64,000 nt of DNA from Candidatus Methanomethylicia archaeon (lineage in GTDB: Archaea; Thermoproteota; Methanomethylicia; Culexarchaeales; Culexarchaeaceae): the NCBI GenBank assembly GCA_038727515.1, contig JAVYVS010000002.1:128001-192000 (forward strand). The letters are read 5' to 3'. The position numbers and the translations under genes are program-made. The notes under the pieces were generated by a model. The model was not told where the DNA came from. It worked only from the letters and a program-made list of their open reading frames with translations, and ran no database searches. Position 1 is the first letter of the stretch, and the number at the start of each line of letters is the position of its first letter. Of the stretch, positions 48,836-57,295 are shown piece by piece.

Positions 48836-51634
48836 TTGGTGTTTTTTCTGTCAATTAATTTAATACATGAATCCCTAAAACCACATTTATTCAAAGTTTT
48901 TACTCCCATTCAAGAGATCGCTATCCCTAGAATTTTAGCTGGTGAAGATTTATTATTGATTAGTCCTACTGGTGGAGGTAAAACTGAAGCTGCATTTATA
49001 CCAATTCTAAGTTTATATCTAGATTTTAAAGATAAATTTGGTATTGTCCCTGGAATTCACATCCTATACATAACTCCACTTAGAGCTTTAAATAGGGATA
49101 TTCTTAAGAGGATGAAGAATTGGTGTAACAAAGTTAATGTGGGAATTGATATTCGTCATGGTGATACACCATCTTCTATTAGACGTTTACAACTTAAGTA
49201 TCCTCCTGAAATCCTAGTTACAACCCCTGAAACTCTTCAAGCTATTTTACCTTCAAGTGGTATGAGGAATTGGTTGAAAACCGTTAAATGGGTTATTATT
49301 GATGAAGTTCACAATCTAATTAAAAGTAAGCGTGGTATTCAGTTATCCATAGCCTTAGAACGTTTAAAGCTTATCTCAAGTAAATTTCAATTAATTCTAC
49401 TTTCAGCTACAGTTCCAAATTCAGATTATGTTGCTAAGTTTTTTGGAGGTAATGTTAAAATTGTTGTTGACCCATCTATTAAACCCTATGAATTTCATGT
49501 AGAAAATCCATTTCCATCACAATCTGATTTTGAGTATAGTGTTAAGTGGATGTGCACCCCAATAGTTGCTTCTAGGATTAGGTATATGATTGATTTAATT
49601 AATAATTCAAGATCTACCATTATATTTGTTAATTGTCGTGAATATGCTGAATACATTAGTAGTAGGCTTAGAATTGCTGGTTTAGATGTTTATTCTCATC
49701 ATAGCTCTCTCTCTAGGGAAGTTAGAGAAATAATTGAATCTAAATTTAAATTTGGAGAGTTAAAGTGTATTGTTGCTACATCTTCTCTAGAACTTGGTAT
49801 AGATATTGGTTCTGTAGATTTAATAATTCAATATCTATCCCCAAGGCAAGTTTCCACACTTATACAACGTGTAGGTAGAAGTGGACATTTTATCGATAAG
49901 GTTTCTAGAGGTTATATCATTTGTAGTGGTTTTGATGATGTTATGGAAAGTATGGTTATTTGTAAGATGGCTTTAAATGGTGAATTGGAAGATTTATTTA
50001 CCCATGAAAATGCATTAGATGTTTTAGCTCATCAAATTGTTGGTTTAGCTCTTGATATGGGTGCAATTAGCGTTGTTGATGCATATAATATTATTAGGAG
50101 AGCTTATCCATATAGGAATCTTGATTTTACATCCTTCTTAAAAGTTTTAGATTTTACTTCTAATTTGGGTTTAGTAAAATTTGATGATGAATTCATACGA
50201 CCATCTAAAAGTAGTAGGAAGTATTATTATGAGCATCTATCAACTATTGTTGAAGAAATAAAGTTTCCAGTGAAATTGGAGTCTACTGGTGAAGATCTAG
50301 GTTTTCTAGGTGAAGACTTCTTTTCTGAATATGCTAGACCTGGAGTTAAATTGATTTTACGTGGTAGACCTTGGATTATAAGTAGGATTAGTGATTTTGA
50401 AGTTTATGTTAATCCATCATCTGATTATATGGCTGCTATACCTGGATGGGAAGGTGAAGTTCTACCTACACCTAGGAAGATAGCGTTAAAAGTTGGTTCT
50501 TTAAGTGGTAGGATATATGATATGTGGATTAAAGGTGCTTCAATTGATGATATAACTTCTAATTTATCTATGGAATATCCATTTGGTTTTAATGCTCTTA
50601 AATCTGCAGTTAAATATTTTATTGATTACTTGAATATGGGTTATCCACCACCAACAGATGATAGTATTGTTATAGAGTCTTTTGATAGGTTTATTGTAGT
50701 ACATTCATGTAATGGTCATGGTGTAAATAGGAGTTTAGCTAAGATTATTAGTGCATATTTAAAGGAGAAGTTTAATGTTAATTGTATATTTAGAGTTGAT
50801 GCTTATAGAATTCTCTTTATGGTTCCTGAGGGTATTGATGGTAAGATTATAGGTGAGGTTATATTAAATTTAAATTTTGAAGACGCTTTGAAATTTCTAT
50901 ATCTTAATGTTGATCCATATATTATTAGACATGTAGCTTTGAAATTTAATGCTATTCCACGTGGAATGTATTATAAGACAACAAGCTACTTAATACATTT
51001 ACCACAATACTTTGCTAATACTCCAGTTTATGATGAAGCATATAGATTTGAACTCGTAGAGCATTTTGATTTTAATGGTTTAAGGGATTTCATAAATTCC
51101 TTAAGAAATAACTCTATACATGTACATATTCTAGATAAATCCAATAATCCATCAATTCTTGCTCTTCCAATAATTGAAATAGGTGATTTACTATCATTGA
51201 CAAGTGAAGAATATTTTGCCAATACTATATTTCATAAAGTTGTAGATTTATTATGTATGGATTGTTTAAAGATTTGGAGAGTTATGGTTAAAGATGTATC
51301 TGAACCTATAAATTGTCCTTATTGCAATTCCAAAAATATATCATTGATTAAATGGCGTATTCAAGAAGTTTTAAAGGTTCTTGAGAAATTTAAATCTAAC
51401 AATACTCTAAGTGATGATGAGGAATATCTACTCGCTTATTGTAAAATGTCATCTGATTTAATATCTATCTATGGTAAGAAGGCCATTATAGCTTTAGCTG
51501 TTAGAGGGATAGGTCCTTTAACAGCCTATCAAATTTTAGCTAAAATGCATAAAAGTTTAAATGATTTATTTAAGGATCTTATGGAGGCTATGAAGGAATA
51601 CATGGAGACTAGAGAATTTTGGAGTGAAAAATGA
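48836..51634 (+). CDS. lhr: Lhr-family SF2 helicase (paralog 3)
   Basis: SPTGGGKT, PLRALNRD, DEVH, SAT, HHSS, SSLELGID, QRVGRSGH; C-terminal CMDC...CPYC. Confidence 0.93.
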   Translation: MVFFLSINLIHESLKPHLFKVFTPIQEIAIPRILAGEDLLLISPTGGGKTEAAFIPILSLYLDFKDKFGIVPGIHILYITPLRALNRDILKRMKNWCNKVNVGIDIRHGDTPSSIRRLQLKYPPEILVTTPETLQAILPSSGMRNWLKTVKWVIIDEVHNLIKSKRGIQLSIALERLKLISSKFQLILLSATVPNSDYVAKFFGGNVKIVVDPSIKPYEFHVENPFPSQSDFEYSVKWMCTPIVASRIRYMIDLINNSRSTIIFVNCREYAEYISSRLRIAGLDVYSHHSSLSREVREIIESKFKFGELKCIVATSSLELGIDIGSVDLIIQYLSPRQVSTLIQRVGRSGHFIDKVSRGYIICSGFDDVMESMVICKMALNGELEDLFTHENALDVLAHQIVGLALDMGAISVVDAYNIIRRAYPYRNLDFTSFLKVLDFTSNLGLVKFDDEFIRPSKSSRKYYYEHLSTIVEEIKFPVKLESTGEDLGFLGEDFFSEYARPGVKLILRGRPWIISRISDFEVYVNPSSDYMAAIPGWEGEVLPTPRKIALKVGSLSGRIYDMWIKGASIDDITSNLSMEYPFGFNALKSAVKYFIDYLNMGYPPPTDDSIVIESFDRFIVVHSCNGHGVNRSLAKIISAYLKEKFNVNCIFRVDAYRILFMVPEGIDGKIIGEVILNLNFEDALKFLYLNVDPYIIRHVALKFNAIPRGMYYKTTSYLIHLPQYFANTPVYDEAYRFELVEHFDFNGLRDFINSLRNNSIHVHILDKSNNPSILALPIIEIGDLLSLTSEEYFANTIFHKVVDLLCMDCLKIWRVMVKDVSEPINCPYCNSKNISLIKWRIQEVLKVLEKFKSNNTLSDDEEYLLAYCKMSSDLISIYGKKAIIALAVRGIGPLTAYQILAKMHKSLNDLFKDLMEAMKEYMETREFWSEK

Positions 51635-51639
51635 TGTTT

Positions 51640-52101
51640 TCAAGTAACGTTAAAACTTATTTCGAGTAGATTTTTTGATGGTCTAAATCTAATTTTCTCT
51701 ATCTTTATACTTCCAATTTCACCAGTGGTTTTAGTATGCTTTTTGTTGCATGCATTTATATTCCAATCTTCAATTATCAATATCGATAATTGATTTACAT
51801 TTTCTGGTATTGGAAATAGATCATACATTTCATCTCCAAAAGTTTTCTCTGCTTCACTCCTATCCATTTCCACGATTTTTATTGGTACATTTTCTCTTAT
51901 CTTTTGATTAGCTAATTCCTCTATAGTTTTTAATTCTTCTTCAGATGGTTTTCTATGGTATTGTACCGTTAATCTACCATGATTACCTTCTACATATACA
52001 CTTGCAGTCCATTTAGCTCCTAAAACTTTTCGTACAGCACCTTTTAAAACGTGTAATGCTGTATGAGTTTTTACTTCTATTTCTTCATTCAATTTAGACA
52101 C
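51640..52101 (-). CDS. alaXS: AlaX-S trans-editing Ser-tRNA(Ala) deacylase
   Basis: [10 protein letters not shown] (HxxxH), [10 protein letters not shown] (CxxxH), TGEIG. Confidence 0.9.
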   Translation of the reverse strand: MSKLNEEIEVKTHTALHVLKGAVRKVLGAKWTASVYVEGNHGRLTVQYHRKPSEEELKTIEELANQKIRENVPIKIVEMDRSEAEKTFGDEMYDLFPIPENVNQLSILIIEDWNINACNKKHTKTTGEIGSIKIEKIRFRPSKNLLEISFNVT

Positions 52102-52102
52102 C

Positions 52103-52369
52103 TCAACTACTAAATAGTTTATTTAAAATATCTCTTAACCTTTCTTCATCTTTAACATTTTTAAATAGTATTTTCCCAGTTCTAAATACGTTTACTTCCA
52201 CATCTTCAAAATTCCCCTTCATATATAATCCGCCTAAATCAATTAGATTATCTATTTTACCTTTAATTCTATTTATTGCATCTATTACTGCATCCATCTT
52301 TAATACTACTATGTAATCAGCATTTTTACCACATGCTCTTATTACTTGTTTAACGTATTTATCCATCAT
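52103..52369 (-). CDS. Small protein resembling a stand-alone ThiF/MoeB C-terminal (TBP-like) domain
   Basis: ACGKNA near the N-terminus, [18 protein letters not shown]; coupled to sufS. Confidence 0.5.
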   Translation of the reverse strand: MMDKYVKQVIRACGKNADYIVVLKMDAVIDAINRIKGKIDNLIDLGGLYMKGNFEDVEVNVFRTGKILFKNVKDEERLRDILNKLFSS

Positions 52370-53616
52370 TAGGCTATATCCTCCAAATCCATTAATACTT
52401 TAATCATTTCATCAATTTCCTCCTCAGTATTATATAGGTAGTAACTTGCTCTTACACTTCCATTTTCTGCTTTAATTATTTGATGTATTGGTTCTGCACA
52501 ATGTAATCCACTTCTAACAGCTATACCATACTGGTCTAGTATTAATGCTGTTTGATGAGGATCTAAACTTCCAATATTGAATGTAATTATTCCAGCTCTT
52601 TTCTCAGCATTTCTTGGACCATATATTTTTACTTTTTTAATACTTTCTAGTTCCTTTAATGTTTTCTCTACAAGTCTCTTTTCATGCATCATTATGTTTT
52701 CCAATCCTATTCTCATTAAATATTTTGCTGCTTCTCCAAGCCCTATTGCACCAGCTATATTTGGCGTTCCAGCTTCAAACTTTTCAGGGCCTTCAATCCA
52801 GTGTATTTTGCATATTCCTTCATCTTGTATCCATTTAACATTTCTTATGGTTCCCCCTCCACTTATTGTTGGTTCAATTCTTTTTAGTAAATCTTCTTTA
52901 ACGTATAATACACCTATTCCAGAGGGTCCAAGCATTTTATGTCCACTGAAGGCTAAGAATTCGCAATCTATATCTTTTACATTTACTGGCATGTGTGGTA
53001 CTGATTGTGCAGCATCTATTAATGTTGTTACATCTTTTTCATGAGCTATTTTAACTATTTCCTTTACATCATTTATTGTTCCTAATACGTTTGATACATG
53101 TGTTATACTTATTAGTCTAGTGTTTTTGGTTATTAGATTTGGTATTTCTTCGGTTTTCAGTGTTCCATCGCTATTTACCCCTATAAATTTCACTTTTATA
53201 CCCTTTATTTCTGATAATGTTATCCATGGAGTTATATTGCTATGATGCTCCATTAATGAGGTAATAACTTCATCTCCCTTCTTTAGATTTCTAATAGCCC
53301 ATGTATATGCCACCATATTTATTGCTTCTGTAGTATTTTTTACGAAGATAATCTCCTTTGTTTTCGCATTTATTAGTTTAGCTATGTTTTCTCTAGCTTC
53401 TTCATATAATTCTGATGCTTCTTGACTTAATGTATGTATTCCCCTATGTATATTTGCATAACTTTTCGTGTAGAATTCCATTATTTTGTTTATTACTTGA
53501 ATTGGTTTTTGTGATGTAGCTGCATTATCAAAGTATATGAGTTTCCTACCATTCACTTCTCTTTCAAGTATTGGGAAATCCTTTCTTATCTCTTTTACAT
53601 TTAACATTTCTTTCAC
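52369..53616 (-). CDS. sufS: Cysteine desulfurase, group II (SufS/CsdA)
   Basis: YFDNAATSQKP, ANIHRG, EHHSN, FSGHKMLGP, EAGTPN, VRSGLHCA, VRAS. Confidence 0.95.
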   Translation of the reverse strand: MKEMLNVKEIRKDFPILEREVNGRKLIYFDNAATSQKPIQVINKIMEFYTKSYANIHRGIHTLSQEASELYEEARENIAKLINAKTKEIIFVKNTTEAINMVAYTWAIRNLKKGDEVITSLMEHHSNITPWITLSEIKGIKVKFIGVNSDGTLKTEEIPNLITKNTRLISITHVSNVLGTINDVKEIVKIAHEKDVTTLIDAAQSVPHMPVNVKDIDCEFLAFSGHKMLGPSGIGVLYVKEDLLKRIEPTISGGGTIRNVKWIQDEGICKIHWIEGPEKFEAGTPNIAGAIGLGEAAKYLMRIGLENIMMHEKRLVEKTLKELESIKKVKIYGPRNAEKRAGIITFNIGSLDPHQTALILDQYGIAVRSGLHCAEPIHQIIKAENGSVRASYYLYNTEEEIDEMIKVLMDLEDIA

Positions 53617-53676
53617 TTCAAATTCTTATTAGGAATATTTTTATTTAATTATTACTATTGTTATTATGGTGTTATC

Positions 53677-54903
53677 TTGAGTGAAGTTAAACGTGATGCT
53701 AAAGATTTACTTAAAGCTCATGGAGCTCCAATTAGACAGGTTTATTTGGATTCTGAAAATTCTGGTTTAATATTTCCTGAAGCTATTGAAGATATGGTTA
53801 AATGTTATACAGTTTTTGGTTATGGCCATCCATCAATTACACATAAAGTTGGTTGGGAGACCTATGAAGTTTTAATGAAGTCTTCTGAAATTATTTCTAG
53901 AGCTTTAGGTTGTAGTTCTGATGAGATTTTATATTTACATAGTGGTACAGAAGCGAATAATTTGGCAATTTTAGGTTTAGCTAAAGCTCATGGTAAATCT
54001 AGGAGGAAGATAATTGTATCAAGTATTGAGCATTTAAGTGTAATTCATACTGCTGAGGATTTGGTTAAGTATGGTTTTGAAATCGTTAAAGTTCCAGTGG
54101 ATAATGAGGGATTTGTTAATCCAGACATATTATCTTCAAATCTTGATTCAAATACTTTAATGGTTAGTATAGGTTTTGTTAATCATGAAATTGGAACTAT
54201 ACAGGATTTAAAGGGTTTAGTTGAAGTGGTTAAGGATTATGATGAAGGAATATTCTTCCATACTGATGCTGTTGACGCTTTTGGTAGAGTTAAATTTAGT
54301 GTTAAAGATTTAAATGTTGATTTAGCTAGTTTCAGCAGTCATAAAGTTTTTGGACCTAAAGGTGCTGCATGCCTCTATGTTAAGAGTGGTGTAAATCTTG
54401 AACCAATAATCTTTGGTCAACTTAGTACTCAGAGGTTTTGGCCTGGTTTAGAAAATGTTCCTTCAATTTCAGGTTTTGCTAGAGCTGTGGATATCATGAT
54501 TTCAAATTTCGATGATTTTAATAGTAGGATGAGCAGTTTTAGAGATATGTTGATAAATGGAGTTTTAAGTACTGTGGATAATTGTATTCTTAATGGTCCT
54601 ATGGGGGTTAAACGCGCTTCAGATAATGTTAATTTAAGCTTCTTGTATTGTGAAGGTGAAGCTCTAACTGTAGAGCTTAGTTTAAGAGGTATATATGTTT
54701 CTAGTGGTAGCGCATGTACAAGTAGAATTCTTCAACCAAGCCATATATTATTGGCTATTGGAAGGAGATATGAGGAAGCTCATGGAAGTATATTGATGAA
54801 GGTTACACCTTTTCATACCATTGACGATATAAGGTATGTTTTAGATAATATTCCAGAGGCTGTTAATAGGATTAGGTCTATAAGCCCATTTAAAGGTGAT
54901 TGA
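53677..54903 (+). CDS. iscS: IscS/NifS-like group I cysteine desulfurase homolog (divergent)
   Basis: SGTEANN, SSIEH, SSHKVFGPKG, SSGSACTS; several consensus positions altered. Confidence 0.85.
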   Translation: MSEVKRDAKDLLKAHGAPIRQVYLDSENSGLIFPEAIEDMVKCYTVFGYGHPSITHKVGWETYEVLMKSSEIISRALGCSSDEILYLHSGTEANNLAILGLAKAHGKSRRKIIVSSIEHLSVIHTAEDLVKYGFEIVKVPVDNEGFVNPDILSSNLDSNTLMVSIGFVNHEIGTIQDLKGLVEVVKDYDEGIFFHTDAVDAFGRVKFSVKDLNVDLASFSSHKVFGPKGAACLYVKSGVNLEPIIFGQLSTQRFWPGLENVPSISGFARAVDIMISNFDDFNSRMSSFRDMLINGVLSTVDNCILNGPMGVKRASDNVNLSFLYCEGEALTVELSLRGIYVSSGSACTSRILQPSHILLAIGRRYEEAHGSILMKVTPFHTIDDIRYVLDNIPEAVNRIRSISPFKGD

Positions 54904-55402
54904 ATTGTCCAGTAGAATTCCACTAATATATTCACCTAAAGTATTAGAGTTATTTAAGAATCCAAAGAATCTAGGTAGAATGGAGGATGCTGATACACAT
55001 GCTACTGCAGGTAGTCTTGCATGTGGAGATATGATTGCAATATATATTAAATTGAGTAGTGATGGTAAAACCATTGAGAAGGCAAGTTTTGAAAGTTATG
55101 GTTGTGCAGCTAATATTGCAGCTGCAAGTATAATGACTGATATGATTATAGGTAAGAGTCTTGAGGAAGCTTGGAAGATTAATTGGAAGGATATATCTAA
55201 TGAACTTGGAGGTTTACCCAGCGTTAAATATCATTGTGGTATTCTAGCTGTGGGAGCTTTAAGGAGGGCTATTAGAAAGTATTTTGAGGATAAGGATAAA
55301 CCTTCATGGCTTCCAAGGGATTTAACTCTTGAAGAAAAACATGCAATTGAAGAAGAGGAATTGATGGAGCGACTTTCAAAAAAGTTTAGTTTAAATGGAT
55401 GA
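54896..55402 (+). CDS. iscU: Fe-S scaffold IscU/NifU-N with C-terminal extension
   Basis: YSPKVLELFKNPKN.G, ACGD, GCAANIAAAS, LPSVKYHC. Confidence 0.93.
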   Translation: MIELSSRIPLIYSPKVLELFKNPKNLGRMEDADTHATAGSLACGDMIAIYIKLSSDGKTIEKASFESYGCAANIAAASIMTDMIIGKSLEEAWKINWKDISNELGGLPSVKYHCGILAVGALRRAIRKYFEDKDKPSWLPRDLTLEEKHAIEEEELMERLSKKFSLNG

Positions 55403-56386
55403 ATATTTTATTTTCTTTAAAGCTTCTTCAGCCCATTTCGGATTTTCAAGCATTGCTCTACCAATGGCAACCATATCTACACTTCCATTTTTAACAATTT
55501 CATTGGCATACTCTGGATTTCTTATTCCTCCAACGCCTATAACTGGGATTTTAACATTTCTTTTAATCTTTTCTGCTTGTGGTATAAAATATCCTTCCCC
55601 GGTTAATTGTGGAGGTCTAGAACCGCATAATCCTCCTGAAACATTTATTATATCTACTCCTTCCTCCTCAAGTTTTAAAGCCATTTTTATAGAATCATTT
55701 ATGGTTATCCCTCCAGGCATTAGATCGTCTGCTCCAAGTCTATATGATAATATTTTCCCATATCCAATTACACTTCTAACCTCTCTTACTATTTCTAATG
55801 GTAGTTTCATCCTTTTTTCTAATGTGCCTCCGTAGGCATCTAAACGTTTATTGGTTAATGGTGAAAAGAATTGATTTAATAGAAATCCATGTGCTCCATG
55901 TATTTCAATACCATCAAATCCAGCTTTAATAGCTCTTTCAGCAGCTTTTTTAAAGGCTTCCTTAACATTTATTATGTCTTGAAATGTCATTTCTCTAGGC
56001 TCTTCAATCCATGTTGAAAATTTTATTGGTGATGGTGCTATGGGTTTCTCTCCAATTATTGATGATAAAGCTCTTCCACCAGCATGATTCAATTGTATTA
56101 AAGCTATTGCACCATTACCCTTTATGGTTTCCGCTAGATTTCTTAATCCGTCAATCAATTCATCATTATATATTCCAAGTTGTTTAGGACTGGCTTTACC
56201 ATTCTTGGCAATATATGAATGTTCAACTATAACTAATCCAGGTCCTCTACTTCTTTCATCATAATGTTTAATTAATTCAGGGGTGACCTTTCCATATTCA
56301 GTCGCCAATTCTGTTGCCATTGGTGGGAGTACAATTCTATTCCTAATTCTAAATCCCCTAATTTCTATTGGAGTTGATAAATCCAT
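55391..56386 (-). CDS. NADH:flavin oxidoreductase (Old Yellow Enzyme family)
   Basis: RNRIVLPPM, QLNHAG, AGFDGIEIHGAHGFLLNQFFSP..NKR.D.YGG, IGRA. Confidence 0.93.
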   Translation of the reverse strand: MDLSTPIEIRGFRIRNRIVLPPMATELATEYGKVTPELIKHYDERSRGPGLVIVEHSYIAKNGKASPKQLGIYNDELIDGLRNLAETIKGNGAIALIQLNHAGGRALSSIIGEKPIAPSPIKFSTWIEEPREMTFQDIINVKEAFKKAAERAIKAGFDGIEIHGAHGFLLNQFFSPLTNKRLDAYGGTLEKRMKLPLEIVREVRSVIGYGKILSYRLGADDLMPGGITINDSIKMALKLEEEGVDIINVSGGLCGSRPPQLTGEGYFIPQAEKIKRNVKIPVIGVGGIRNPEYANEIVKNGSVDMVAIGRAMLENPKWAEEALKKIKYSSI

Positions 56387-56418
56387 GGTGTTTCACATAT
56401 ACCAATTGTAATTTAGGT

Positions 56419-57156
56419 TTATATTAGTATTAGGGTTAATGACGTTGCAACTATCCCAGTTAGATATATTCCATCAAATGTTCCAGCTCCACCTATACTA
56501 ACCATTGGTGCCCCAATTTCACTTATCTTCCCAATATTCATTAAATCTGCTCCTATCAATGTTCCAAAAATTCCACTTACATATGCTATTATTGATGGGT
56601 TACATTTTGGAGGTATTAAAGCAAGTATTATTGAAATTATTGCTGCTGAAATTGGAGGTATAAATCCAGGGGTTACAATTCCAAATCCAGGTATAATCCT
56701 AGAATATCTATTTACAATAATTGAAACTATAAGTATGGATAAGACTATTTTCATTAGAGATATCTGGGGGTTTATTGATGTTTTCATGATCGTTTGAATA
56801 AGTATGTATATTGATATTAATATGGGTATTAATGCTCCACCAATATTTATTGCTATTACTGTTCTCCTCTCTTTTAATCCTATGGTTGGTAGAAACCATC
56901 TTATACCAAATATTTCAATCTCTCTATAAATTAATCCATAGTCAATCGTCTTTACACTTGTTAATGGTATATTAATCATACTCCCAATAAGTGACATATA
57001 TAGTGCTGCTAATGCCAATTGTGGGGGGATCATTAATGCTTCAGTGAATATTTGAAGGGAGCTTAATGCGATTAAACTAACCATCAATGTCATTAATATT
57101 AAGGTTAACATGTAGTTCCATGTTGTAGGTTTATAGACTATACCTCTCCTATACAA
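56419..57156 (-). CDS. DUF1614 membrane protein
   Basis: GSMINIP, IAINIGGALIP, GTLIGADLMN, SIGGAGTFDGIYLTG. Confidence 0.9.
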   Translation of the reverse strand: MYRRGIVYKPTTWNYMLTLILMTLMVSLIALSSLQIFTEALMIPPQLALAALYMSLIGSMINIPLTSVKTIDYGLIYREIEIFGIRWFLPTIGLKERRTVIAINIGGALIPILISIYILIQTIMKTSINPQISLMKIVLSILIVSIIVNRYSRIIPGFGIVTPGFIPPISAAIISIILALIPPKCNPSIIAYVSGIFGTLIGADLMNIGKISEIGAPMVSIGGAGTFDGIYLTGIVATSLTLILI

Positions 57157-57295
57157 TTTTCTTCATCCACCACTATTTAATCAACCTTAAAATATCATCT
57201 TTTTGATAAACCTTTCCATTTTGTTATATTTACATTAATTATGGGTTTGTAGATGGAATGAAATTGTTAAATTTTCCTATGTAAATAGTTATTTT

